Source: Cycas panzhihuaensis
Taxonomy: Eukaryota; Plantae; Cycadophyta
Direction of reading: 5' to 3'
DNA: 64,000 nucleotides
Assembly: GCA_023213395.1 (NCBI GenBank)
Contig: CM041465.1
Span: forward strand, 61,449,741 to 61,513,740
The notes beneath the pieces were generated by a model, which saw only the letters and a list, made by a program, of their open reading frames with translations, had not been told where the DNA came from and searched no databases. Below are positions 1 to 13,084 of this stretch, piece after piece (within the stretch, counting starts at the first letter, position 1; each line of letters begins with the position of its first letter). The translations under genes and the position numbers were made by a program.

Positions 1-1965
1 TAATTATCACATTATCTAACAGTCAACCCCCTATCTTTCCTGCTTTTCCTGTGCCATATCCGCCCTGCACACCAATAAAACCCTTGGGTGAAGGCTCCTA
101 TTAGTTGTAGCATCCACAACCCCTTGTAACACTTGTAACTAACCCTTATATAAATTATTTAGCAGTAGGTTTTCTTGTAAACCTTATTGTTTATGAGATT
201 TCCATCCTCCTTGCAAATCTTCCAAGAGTTGTAATATTGTAACTTTTGTAACATTTTTACTTTTTGCATCTTTTTAGTTTTAGTAAGCTATATCAATTTT
301 CTTATATACTTGGGGTAATGACACTCTCTAAATTTATTTTTCCTAGAGTACCTGAGCACATGGAGGTGTCTTGTTTGGAGGAGCTAGCCATTCCAAGGCT
401 CTCCTTTCTCACACTCTTTAAACCCATCTTTTCCTTTAAGAATTATTTAGAAACATTTAAATACATAGTGGGGAAGATTAAAGGATATATTATTTCTTTT
501 CTTTAAAGTATAAAGCAAGGTTTGGATTTCCTTTTAGAAAATATACATACACACATACATATATATCCATATGCATAGGCACATGTATATCGTTGCTTGT
601 TAGAAGGGGTTAGTTTACAAAGCATCTCTACCAACATTAGGCAGGCAAGGATAGTATTAGAAGGTATGTGCATTTCATTTTTGTTTATTTACTTTGAAAC
701 TTTCTTTTGAAGCTTTTCATTCCTTTTTACTTAAGCATACTAAGGAAGGTAAGGAATCCTCACCAATAGTTCTTCCCATAATTCCAACCATGGCTAGGAG
801 CGCAATGTGATTGACAAAGGGAAAGCAACTAAGGAAGGAAGATGCACTTCATAAACTGGCTTGATTCTAGGTGCACCTTCTCTAACCTTTCTTTTCTCCC
901 TTGTCCATTTTCCCCCTTTCCCAAAAAGGAAAATTAGGTTTCATTTCTGCATTATTTACAATCATTTGCTTTGTATTTATTTGAAAGCAAAGTAAAAAGG
1001 AAAGTCATTCATATTTGCTTGCTTAACCATTTCATTAGTGTGCACTAACCTCACCTTGCTTTTTCCCTATTATATGAATATGAAAAAGGATAGTTTGGGT
1101 TAGTGAACCTCTCATTTTACATCTTAAAAGGAAAGTAAGGGTTCTCTTCCTTTGCCACACCCTTCTTTTACATACACTTTGCATACACAAGGGTAGGAAC
1201 AAAGAGGGAACCTAGGCCTTTTGGTAGTCATCTTTTCTTTTATACATTATTAAAAATAAGTTACATAAGTTATTATACTCTCCTTCTCCTTTACACTCCC
1301 CTTTCCTCTTTCACCTATTTCTTTGTTCATAAAAGGAAAAGAGAGAGATGAAAATAAAATAAAAAGGAAGAGAGTTTCTTTAAAGTTACATTTACTTAGT
1401 AATAATACTTTGAATCATTGCACCACTTTTAAACAAAAAACTAAGACATTATCCAAAACTCTTGACATGCTTAGCCACTTGTTTGTCTCATCAAAATCCT
1501 AGAGCTTTTCCTTTAGGTAATCCTTGGCAAGACACCTTATTTGTCTTACCCTTTTTGGGATTTGGTTTCTCCACACCAAACCTCTTTCGCATTCTTCTGC
1601 TTATCATTTCTCCCTTATTTTGTAAGCCCCCTACTCTACTACAACTTACCTCTTCTTTTCCCTTTCTTCTGGGAAAAGAGCTTTCATTCTTCCTCTCCTT
1701 CCTTCACCAATGAGGATAGGAGAGCCCCTCTTTAGGCTACTCAGTAAACTGAGGATGCCTTTACCTACCTTGAATCTAAGAAGGTACCTGCTGAAAAGGA
1801 GAGTCTTGTATGTTATTTCTAGGTCTCTGAACCTGCATTCCAATGTGTAGATGCCCTTTGTGGGTGACCTATCCCCTTGCCTCCAAGGACCTTTAAGCCC
1901 TTGGTATAGTGATAGTATAGGCTTTATATCCTTGTGCTTAGTGACCCCCTAGAGGTACACTTCTA
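1..1965 (+). repeat. 3' portion of a Tat-family LTR (3' or solo LTR; start lies outside the window)
   Basis: 1700-1965 aligns with the LTR ends at 16180-16439, 30965-31225 and (reverse) 46804-47070, ending AGTGACCCCCTAGAGGTACACTTCTA. No PBS follows; Copia RT codons resume at 1966. Confidence 0.8.
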
Positions 1966-3452
1966 GCAGTTAAAGAATAAAAGTGGAATGAAGTTATGGA
2001 ATCTAAAATCCAAGCTATTAAGAAAACCCACATATGGGATTTGATTGAATTATGTGCTGGTAAGTATGTAATTGGATGCAAATGGATTTTTAAGAAAAAG
2101 TTTAAATCAGATGGATCTATAGATAAATATAAAGCTTAACTTGTAATAAAAAGTTTCAAGTAGCTAGAATGGATTGTCTACTAAGAAACCTTCACTCCTA
2201 TTATAAAAATGAATACCATTTGAATCATTATAGTGATAACTACTCAATTTAATTAGTAACTATACCAAATAGATATAAAAAGTGTATTTTTGAATTTGGA
2301 TTGATACAAAAAAGTATATATAGAGTAACTACCTAACTTTATTGGAAAAGGTTAAGAGTACTTAGTATACTAACTCAGAAAGGCCTTGTATAACCTAAAA
2401 CAAGCTCATCAAGCTTAGTGTAAAAAGATTAATCAATAGATTTTAAGGAATGGATTTAAGAGATCTGTAGCTGGTTAAATCTTTATATCAAAGAAGAAAA
2501 TAATAATATCATGTTTGTGGTATTATATGTTGATGATCTACTAATCATAAAGAATGATATTATAATTATATTTAACGTAATAGTAGATCCAATTTATTCC
2601 TTTGAGATGATAGATCTTGGAACTCTATACTACTTCCTTGGAATAAAAAAATAGTAAAGGCCTGAACATGTCTTTATATCATAGACAAAATACACCTGAA
2701 AAATTCTAAGGAAATTTAAAATGGATGATTATAAACCTACACCTAACCACATGGAGGTAAATTCTAAATTATTAACTGAAAAAGTGGAGCAAATGTTGAT
2801 TATACTTTATATAGGTAATTCGTAGGAAGTCTAATATACTTGATCACTACTAAACTTGATTTTTTTTAGTAATTGGAATAGTATCTATATTTATGTAAGT
2901 GCTAAAATAGAGTCAATGGAGGTTATTAAAAGAATCCTCAAATACTTAAAAGGGAAGATTCAATATGGACTTAAATTCCATCATAATAATAATTTTAAGT
3001 TGATAGAATTTATAAATTTTTATTAAGTCAAATCTGCAAATAGCTAAAGGTTAACTTCTAGATATTATTTTAATTTGAAATCAACTACTATCATATGGAA
3101 TAGTAAAATGTAATCAAATATTGTTTTATCCTCAACTGAATTAGAATATAAGGCTATAGTTACAATATCCAATGAATCCATTTGGTTATGGTAGATTTGG
3201 AGGACATGGGACTACCATAATTAAAACTAACTATCTTGTACTATAATAATTAGACTACCTTGAAGATTATGAAAAATCTTATATACCATACTCACATTAA
3301 ATACATTAAGGTGTACCATTACTTTATTTAAGAATTGATTTAAAAAGGTGTGATAAAGATGGTATATATTCCAATAGAAGAACAATTGGCTAACATCTTC
3401 ACTAAACCGTTGGGACATGATAATTTTCAAACTTTCTAAGATGGTTTAGGTG
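1966..3452 (+). pseudogene. pol: Ty1/Copia reverse transcriptase-RNase H, many stops and frameshifts
   Basis: Manual translation gives KWNEVMESKIQAIKKTHIWDL, IGCKWIFKKKFKSDGSIDKYKA, LYVDDLLI, LSSTELEYKA and EEQLANIFTKPL. Confidence 0.92.
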
Positions 3453-3485
3453 TAAAAAAAAAAAGAAATAAATATTAATAGGAAG

Positions 3486-3817
3486 TGTTCATGTTAATAT
3501 TTATTTATGGCTCATAACTTAGGTTATGAGTCTCCCCTTAGATTTGTTTACATTATTATATTTTAGGATTATTAAATTATTATGTGAGTGGTGAATCCTT
3601 GGGGTTATAACTCTCACATCATGTGTCACATAAGTGGCAATTAGATTCCTTTTAAAATTTGTATATATGTACATATTATGTACTACTAGATTTTAATGAG
3701 AAATGATTTTACTTAGAGATTATATTAGTCATGTGAATCTAATATGCATGTTAGTTTGATAGTTAATCTTATAAAACTAAGTCTTCATTCATGTTAGATG
3801 TAACATTTAACAACTCA
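3486..3817 (+). repeat. Copia 3' LTR (~330 bp)
   Basis: TG...CA termini directly after RNase H and a purine run (AATAGGAAG). Colinear with 8530-8861. Confidence 0.8.
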
Positions 3818-4250
3818 CATATCTAACTTAGTCTATCCTTTATTTCCTCTATTATTTAATTAACATGATTCTAACCCATTACTCTTAACATGGCTCTAAT
3901 CCATTACGCTAATATAACTTCTAATGGTAAGGATCACCATATTCCCTCCCCCTTAGATACTCTTTCCTCATAACATTTAAATACATGAATATGTGCAACC
4001 ATCACCTCTTATCTCTAAGATGTTAAATGCAGTGATTTAATCTTAGTGTTACTAATTAGAAACTATTGTTTTATACTTTGTTGGTGAAAATAGATATAGA
4101 TCATATGTGGTCTCTATATATTAATAATAAAAATAGGGTGCCTTATTTGGCTTGGTATCATCATGAAAAAAATTTAGTTCCATGGTATAGTAGATTAAAG
4201 ATCTATAAAAATAAGGACCTAAATACTTTAGCATATCTAGTGAAAATTTG

Positions 4251-5498
4251 AAGTAGACTTGAGCTCCTCCTAAATGCTTTCACTTTCATATTATACGGTT
4301 GAATAATCTTGGTCCTCTAAAATCTCTTCTTCAGCTACTCATCCTTTTTGTATTATATGGAATTATGTGCAAAATAGCTCTTCATCCTCTTCTTCGATTT
4401 ATCCCTTGTAGTATTCTTTGGATGCTTTCTCTTGTTGCTTATGTGGTTTATTACCTTCATTTTGTTCTTTAATGTGTTTCTTTATGATTTTAACCTTCTA
4501 TATTTTTCATAATAAAGTTTCCTTTTGAAGCTTCAACTTAAAAGATACCCAATCAAGTTTTAAGTATGAGTTATGCAATTCCCAGGTCCTTTTGTGAAGG
4601 TCCTTCTCTAAAGTATATCATATAAAATACAATTCTTTCATAACCATTTTTAAAGGAGTATTCCTTGAAGAATTACATAAATATAGCAAACCAATCGTAA
4701 AGTCTAACATAACCATTTATCTAAAAGTTAGGGAGTTAATAATCATTATTGTAAGGGGTATACAATTATTCAAATATGAAAAAAATAGTCACTAAGACCA
4801 TTTCTTTCAAAGTGTAGGAGCTTATAATAATTATGGTAAGACATTTTTTTTAAATATACAAAATATCCTAAATAATAATTATATGAATATTTAGTCACTT
4901 TACAAAGTGTTAAAAATAAAATAAACTAGAAATATGCATAAAAAACCCTTAAACTTGATATATGCATATACATAAAGACTTCTCATACCTCTAAATCTTT
5001 AAAATTGGATAAAATAAACATGTAGAACAAGAAAAAAAAAATCACAGAGTAAAATAAAAAGAATTAAACTTTGGATGACAATGATATGATGTCCAAAAGT
5101 TTGTGCCATAGGTGCCATAAAATATGCTAAAAATTTGTTTCCTTTGAATTCTTCTTATAATAAATTTAGTAAATCTACTCTAGATATGGTCATATAACCA
5201 TTCATTTCAAGAACATTAAAACTAACTTTCTAACATAATAGATAATTTTGAATTTTGACTTCATATATAAACGTTACATCTAAAATAGTGATTACATGTT
5301 AGAAAATAAAAAAATTTAGTAGAAAAATACAAAACCCTTACTTCATATAAAACTCTCAAATAAATGATGATTTTGATGATCTATTAGTTAAAATGGGGGC
5401 TTTTAATAATTTTGTGTACATTTGTAAACTTATATTTAAGAAAAAAAATGATGGATTAATGAGAATTTAGACCTATAATTCATAAAAATTCTCCAAAT
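4251..5498. repeat. Direct repeat copy 1 (~1.25 kb) of the Copia leader
   Basis: Near-identical to 6514-7778, from AAGTAGA(C/T)TTGA to CATAAAAATTCTCCAAAT. Confidence 0.95.
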
Positions 5499-5559
5499 GT
5501 GAAAGTTATAAGTTACAAAGTAACTTACAGTTCATTATCACCTTAAGTCCTCTCTCACT

Positions 5560-6513
5560 CATGTGCCAAAGTCTTTGATGCCATAACTAAGCTAGATCTT
5601 ATACAATCGTTGATGTTGTAATTGCATGCTAACATTTGTACTTCCCACTAAAATATAAAGGTTTCCTTTCTTTAAGGATTTAATAACAACTAAGGCACCC
5701 TTTGATAAGACTCCTTTATGACCTGTGTACTTATAACCACCAGAGTCTAGTTCACCTAAGGAAATTAGATTCTTTTTTAAATTAGGTACATGTCTAACTT
5801 TAGTTAATGTTCTCACTAGACCATTAAATATTTTAATTCTGATGCTACCAATGCCCACTATCTTATAAGAGACTTCATTTCCCATAAGCACATCACCACC
5901 ATTAAGAGGTTGGTATGATGAAAACCAACTCTTATATGGACACATCTGGTGTGAAGCACTCGAATCTAATAACCAATCATGATGATAATGGGAAACATTA
6001 TTAGCAACCAAGGCATCATCATCCATACCTTGATTTGACTCCATATGATTAACCTCCTTAATAGGATCTTTCTTTTTCTGGAACTCCTTCCTTTTGTGGT
6101 AATCCTTCTTGAGGTGACCTATATTATTAGAGTACCAATATCTGAACTTACTCTTGCCTTTTAACTTTGACCTCGATGTGTCCCTAAAGCTTTGTCCTCT
6201 CTCAATTGTTCTACCCTTTGCTGTCACAACTTTTGGTGTGGAGGTTTCAAGACTAGACTTCCTGCTCACTTCTTCCATCAGCAAAGCACTCATAATAGAA
6301 TCATCGTCTAATTCATCTATAGTGCTAAAACTAATTGATATGACAATATTATCCTAGGATTCTAGTAATAAAAATAATAAGGTAATAGCCTTGTCCTCAT
6401 CCTCAATTCTGACATCAATACTAGCCAAGTGAAAAATAAGAGTATTAAAAATATTCAAATGATCAGTAATTTTTGTACCTTCCTTTATTCGTAATGAGTA
6501 CAATTACCTCTTT
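5560..6513 (-). pseudogene. gag: Copia (Tnt1/Tork-like) gag C-terminus, decayed zinc knuckle, protease and GAG-pre-integrase start
   Basis: ORF 5592-6293 contains WLLDSSASHQM and LTKVRHVPNLKKNLISLGELD. The upstream frame reads LYSLRIKEGTKITDHLNIFNTL...EDEDKAI. Confidence 0.9.
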
Positions 6514-7778
6514 AAGTAGATTTGATTCCTCCTAGATGCTTTCACTTTCATATTATATAGTTGAATAATCTTGGTCCTCTTAAACCTCTTCTTCAGCTAC
6601 TCATCCTTTTTGTATTATATGGAATTATGTGCAAAATAGCTCTTCATCCTCTTCTTCGATTTGTCCCTTGTAGCATTCATTGGATGCTTTCTCTTGTTGC
6701 TTATGTGGTTTATTACCTTCATTTTGTTCTTTAATGTGTTTCTTTATTATTTTAACTTTTTATATTTTTCATAATAAAGTTTTCTTTTGAAGCTTCAACT
6801 TAAAAGATACCCAATCAAGTTCTAAATATGAGTTATACAATTCCCAGGTCTTTTTGTGAAGGTCTTTCTCTAAAGTATATTATATAAGATACAATTCTTT
6901 CATAACCATTTTTAAAGGAGTATTCCTTGAAGAATTACATAAATATGGCAAACCAAACATAAAGTCTAACATGACCATTTATCTAAAAGTCAGGGAGTTA
7001 ATAATCATTATTGTAAGGGGTATACAATTATTCAAATATGAAAAAAATAGTCACTAAGACCATTTCTTTCAAAATGTAGGAGCTTGTAATAATCATGGTA
7101 AGACATTTTTTTTAAATATACAAAATATCCTAAATAATAATTATATGGATCTTTGGTCACCATACAAAGTGCTAAAAATAAAATAAACTAGAAATATGCA
7201 TAAAAAACCCTTAAACTTGACATATAAATATGTCTTTTTCTTATGTATATACAAAAAGACTTCTCATACCTCTAAATCTTTAAAATTGGATAAAATAAAC
7301 ATGTAGAATAAGAAAAAAAAATCATAGAATAAAATAAAAAGAATTGAACTTTGGATGACAATGATATGATGTCCAAAAGTTTGTGCCATAGGTGCCATAA
7401 AATATGCTAAAAATTTGTTTCCTTTAAATTCTTCTTATAATAGCTTTATTAAATATACTCTAAATATGGTCATATAACCATTCATTTCAAGAACATTAAA
7501 ACTAACTTTCTAACATAATTGATAATTTTAAATTTTAACTTTATATATAAACGTTACATCTCAAATAATGATTACATGTTAGAAAATAAAAAATTGTAGT
7601 AGAAAAATACAAAACCCTTACTTCATATAGAACTCTCAAATAAATGATGATTTTGATGATCTATTAGTCAAAATGGGGGCTTTTAATAATTTTGTATACA
7701 TTTTTAAACTTATATTTAAGAAAAAAAATGACGGATTAATGAGAATTTGGACCTATAATTCATAAAAATTCTCCAAAT
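6514..7778. repeat. Direct repeat copy 2 (~1.25 kb), native position behind the PBS
   Basis: Near-identical to 4251-5498. Confidence 0.95.
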
Positions 7779-8165
7779 TGGATGTAATCTCATATGATTT
7801 CTAGCTCTGATACTACTTGTATCAAACTTAGCCTCCACTATGCCTTCAAATTTGTCAATAAATATAGAGATAAAGATGAAGATCACCAAAAGACTATACC
7901 ATATTATACCTATTTAAACCTATATTTAATTGATTGAAGACCTCATTTATAATGCATAGGGTGGTGTATTTATAGCAACAAAAACTCACTCTTAATAATA
8001 ATTACTCTTAATCCTTCTACTAATTGACTCTTAATATTAACTCATTCTATTCCTCTATTATTTTATTAGCATACCTTTAATATGACTTATACCCTATTTT
8101 TTATATTATTTAATTAACATGATTTGAACCCTTTAACCTAACCTATTGTGGTGAGAATCACCACA

Positions 8166-8520
8166 AACTTTCTTATTACAACTGCTAATAGTAACATTTC
8201 TATCTTTGAAGAGAATACTTATCTTCAATCTATTTGATAGAAATTAATCTTTTATTTAATCTTGGTGTGTATATCACATCCTCTATGTAGTAATTCTCTC
8301 TATTAGATGTGATGATTAGAACTTCCCCTATCCCTTCTACCTTTATTATCACATCATCTCCCAAAGTGATTATTTGTTTAGTAGCCTCCCACATATGTCT
8401 TAAGCACTCAAATATACCTATCATATGTCTAAAAACTCTTAAATCAATGTACTAAACATCACATACTTTCTAGATTGTTTATAAAATTACTATAAAAAGT
8501 TTCTTTCCATTATCACTCAA
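8166..8520 (-). pseudogene. Copia protease-region remnant
   Basis: ORF 8230-8424 reads ITLGDD..IKVEGIGEV...IEDVIYTPRLNKRLISI, matching the Copia protease-region pattern. Confidence 0.75.
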
Positions 8521-8529
8521 GCTTATAGT

Positions 8530-8875
8530 TATTGATATTAATGTTTATTTATGGCTAGTAACTTAGGTTATGAGCCTTCCCAAATTTTGTATATTATTAG
8601 ATTTTAGGATTATTAAATTATTATGTAAGTGATGAGTCATTAGGGGTTACAACTCTTATATCACATGTGTTGCATAGGTAAGGATTATATTCCTTTTGAA
8701 ATTTGTATATATGTAGATGTTATGCATTATTGAATTTTAATGAGAGATGATTTAACTTTGAGATTTTATTAATAATGTGAATTTGATTTTCATATTAATT
8801 TAACAGTTAATCTTATAAAATTAGGTCTCCATTCTTGTTACATATAATATTTAATAGTTCAAATGGTACCATAAC
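8530..8875 (+). repeat. Copia 5' LTR (8530-8861) with decayed Met-PBS TGGTACCATAAC (8864-8875)
   Basis: Colinear with the LTR at 3486-3817; ends TTCA followed by a PBS-like motif. Confidence 0.75.
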
Positions 8876-9320
8876 TAGTTTATTAATGTTGTTTAAGTAC
8901 TATTTTATTATATAGAGAATTGATAAATTCATCTTTTAGCAGTTTATAGGATGATATTTGATTTTTAGGTTACTAGTATTCATGGAAAGGCACTCCTCTA
9001 TAATGACTATTTTTAAATACAGTCATTTGAGTACTGTAGAGTAGACAAAACTACTTTTTTTTTAAGGGGGGGTAGTTATTAAGTTACAAATGCTTGTTTA
9101 TCAATTTAAATGGTATAAATTATATCACATGTTCAAGATAACTATTTGGCATATTTTATTATATGTTTTCTATTTTCTACACTAAATTGCAATATTTGTT
9201 TTTAAAGTTCTTTCATATATCATGCATTTCTTAATTATTGATATATAGATATACTAAAGTGTTCCTTTTAGGCTTGGATTTATTACTCTATTTATTGAGT
9301 AGATTTCATTATTATAATAG

Positions 9321-9375
9321 TGACATGTAGGTTTAAGTAATGACATGTAGGCATAATTAAACATGTAGGCATAAG
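9321..9375. repeat. Three tandem ~19-bp units (ACATGTAGG core)
   Basis: TGACATGTAGGTTTAAGTAA / TGACATGTAGGCATAATTAA / ACATGTAGGCATAAG. Confidence 0.8.
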
Positions 9376-10533
9376 CATACATTTAGAAGTAGACAAAAGA
9401 AAGTAAACAGTGGATGAAACCACCTCTATTTTAATATAATAAATAGTGAATGGACCTTTGCTAAAAGATTGATGAAAGACCTTTATTAAATAATAGTAAA
9501 AGCACTTCTATTAAAGCTTAAAGACAATGATTAAATGAGCAAGAAAAAAAATTTAAAGGACCTATATTAAAGTGAAGTGTTAAAAACCCTTCATTAAAGT
9601 ATTAAATATGAGATAAAGAAATTTTACTAAAGGGCTCTACTTTTGAAAAAAATACTCTAAAATATACTATGGAAAATAATGTCAAGATAAAGTATTAAAA
9701 AGGCACGAAAAGTTATATTAATTTATTTTTTTTAATAAATTTTAGAAGGGTGTAAAATATTGAAATGGGTATATTCAAAGGAATATCCTATAATGTATAA
9801 ACTAAGGTTAAAACAAAATTGAAAAAAATTAAAATATTTCATCAAATGATAGTCATGCAACCTATGCCTTAATGACCAACACACGATGGCTCCAAAAGCT
9901 TGTAACTCAATTAATCAACCTTTGCAATAGATCCTAAGACTACCATTTACTTTGCATGACCCCATGAATGCTATTCCAACCAATAAATAGAGTTAAAATC
10001 TACTTTTTAATCCATTTAGACAATAGAGGGTCACATGGCCTTACAAAGATACAAAGAAGTTTTCTTCTCATTTTGAGTTGAACAAAGCACAAAGCATGGT
10101 CTATATACATATGAAAGGATGCTCCATAGTTTTTCACTATGATCTGACAGTCATATGAAGCAAAACAAAGGATAATAAAGGAGAAAATATAGTCAAATTG
10201 AGTGGAAAATTGCCTAAACACTATCCAATTGAACTGTGATCAAGATATCTTATACATCGATTATATAGAAGGTAGAAATAGGTGCATCCATAGTCCAATA
10301 AGAAGAAATAGAGAGAAATTTCATCTCCATGGAAGAAAATTGCTCAATAAAGTGAAATTATGAATGTAGGAGGGAGATGATTTTTTTTTGCATGCATAAT
10401 GATGAAGATGCAATGAAACCCTTGATAATGACCTATCATTCTGATCCTTAATAGTTTAACAGTTAAGTGGCAAGGTTATTTTAGGAATAAATGCATTTAT
10501 TTATCAGATAAAGTAATTTTTGTGGAGAGGAAT

Positions 10534-11061
10534 TGTTAAAATATGTAATGTGCAATGTATTTGTTGTACACATACACCTCCCACCATCCACATACATCAA
10601 GATATATGAGATGCACACATATCTATATTATCACTTTATTAGATGATGCAAAGGCTTATAACATTTGATAGGCTACTCATGACGTGATCTCACTATATAT
10701 ATATATGTATACTCGCCACTTGAGAATTAGAGCAAGGAGAGAGGAAAAATATGTAAACCTTATGATCATAAGAGAAATCCTAACCCTACCTTCTCTTGTG
10801 GTTTTTCCTATAATGGGTTTTCCACATATATATTTTGGTGTCTATCTTATGGTAATGCTTATGCTTGATGAATGCATGATTTATATGTTTGATATTTGAT
10901 ATTCGTGTTGATTAATTCATTATGTGTACCTATTCATACATTCATATTTCTCCATCATTATTACATCATTTATCTTATGGTATCAGGCAACTATCATCAT
11001 ATTTTGACATGGAATCACAACTAATCTCAATATTCTTGATATTTTATCATGGTATTAGAGC
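10534..11061 (+). repeat. LTR (10534-11049) of another element with Met-PBS TGGTATTAGAGC (11050-11061)
   Basis: Purine tract GGAGAGGAA then TG start. TATA-rich core, a GTGGTTTTTCC..GGGTTTTCCAC motif also seen in the Copia LTR at ~32070, and a CA end followed by the PBS. No partner LTR in the window. Confidence 0.65.
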
Positions 11062-13084
11062 CTATGGTTTTAAGATCTTGTGCAACAATAGATAGCCTAT
11101 TGATCCTATAATAGGAGCTAGATATGAGGTATACTTATTTGGTTAGAAGTATGTATATGCCAGTGTTATATGCATCAGATTATATAGTAGATGGAGCTAG
11201 TCAAATCCATATATAGGATAGATGACGTAAATATTGATGATATGTTGATATGGTGTTTTATTGTGGACATTTATTTATGCATGTTGGGCCCTTTTTCTAT
11301 AGAACATGTAGGTATTCATAACTATTCACATGATATGATTTTATTAGTTCATAAGCAAAGGCATTTATGAGTGTCTATTTAAATGATTTGTTATCACTTT
11401 TAAATTATTCTAGAGGTATTCATGAGTGTCTCACAATGAGATTCACTACCAAAATGAGGACAACCCATCCATATGCACAAAGCAAGTAATAGGTCTATAC
11501 AACAACATGTTAATGGGTATGATATTAAAGATATTTGATAAGTGTTTTAATAATAGCATGAAAGATATGTGGCATATTGATTTGTTGATGTAACAATTTT
11601 GAAAAATTACATGTTTATGAGGATAATCCTATTACAATGACTAATATGGATAGTTTATATATACATAAATAAATTTGATGTATATGGCATGGATTATTTA
11701 CAAGGGTGTTATTGTGACTACTTGATCAATATAAAAAATATGTAAGGGAATAATTATTTGTTCATTATGATAGAATATCAATCCTCATTATAATGGCATG
11801 AACATGGTATATATTTTATGAAATTAATTGACAAATATATATATATAAGGACGTGTGTATGTATATGATTATCATGTAACAAATTATTTGAGATATATGT
11901 ATTGAAATCAAGGGTTCTTCCTATCAATAGTCTGCTTATACATGGATGCAAAATTTAACTACTATAGAGGGATCTGGCCCTATTTAGTCCTCCTTATCCT
12001 TTGTTACCCCTCTTACCATTTTCTAGGTGATTATTAGTGGTGGAAATGGTAAAGGATTCATTAGGTATAGAGTGATGAAACTAGTGGCCATGGCTTGTTT
12101 TCTTTAATGTATGTTACACCTACCATGGAATCCATAGATGAAAATACATGCCTACATGTAGAGATAAAATCCTCTATAGAGGTAGACCATACAAGATCAT
12201 CACTTAACACCCATGGAGATTGCCTTGCGCCATAGAGAAATAGAGATGGGAACTCCCAGCCTATCACCTAAGTTAGCCTTGCAATCATGAATATAATATA
12301 ACATACATAATCTACCAATAAGATGTAAGCCCTGATGTTACATCCATGCTAAGGGGCACCCTACTATAAATAAATGGAACTTGAAACTTAGAGATTGACT
12401 ACCTCATACCATAGTCAAACCCTCACCCATAGTTGTCTAATAAGCAAAAGCTTATATTATTGTGAAGCTGAATTTTCCACCGTGAAGAAGATACCTCTAT
12501 ATAGAGTAGGCCCAAGAGTATAAGAAATAACCTACCACATCTACCTACCAAACTACCTAAATGCCCATAGAACAGTAAACAACTGATTACCTTGTGTAAC
12601 AAAGTTCTCTAAAGCCACATCATGTAGAGTCAGATTATTTGTAGAGATAAATTTTGAATTTTTTTGTGAACATAAATATTTCAATGCAAACTTGCATATA
12701 TTTAATTTTTCTTGAAATATTAAAAAATATTACATTTTGTTTGAGAAATTTAATCATTTTTCATAAACTTTGAATTATGTAGAGCCCCTTGATAGGTTAA
12801 TAGGTGGTCACATGATGAGTCTATATGATTAGAGGCTTAACTGCAAGGGGGAAGCTTCCAAAATGGAGTAAAAAGAATTGGATTTATTTTGACTTTTCAA
12901 AACTTTTATTTCATATTTGATAATATTTCAAATCCACTTCCATTTTCTTAATAATTACACAAATTTTCATGGGTCATTGGCATATTTTATTTCGTAACTT
13001 CTCACTCATGTATCAGATTCAAGTGTCATTAGTTAGTTGAGAAATAGACTTTGAGACATTCAAAATAAGTGGTCACATGATATG

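Larger units (their letters stand above)
3818..8165 (-). mobile_element. Non-autonomous, internally rearranged Ty1/Copia element; 3' LTR truncated by the neighbouring Copia
   Basis: 5' LTR 7818-8165 with Met-PBS (reverse GCTCTGATACTA, 7804-7815). 3' LTR remnant 3818-3941 matches 8090-8165 and adjoins a reverse PPT TTCCCTCCCCCTTAG. A gag-PR fragment lies inside. Confidence 0.75.

Noticed and set aside
9900-10460. Possible degenerate gag after the 8864 PBS
   Set aside because: The composition looks coding-like, but I could not read a convincing motif.
11062-13079. Host gene or exons in the unassigned AT-rich region
   Set aside because: Only short ORFs without motifs; it follows a PBS, so it is most likely a decayed retroelement interior.
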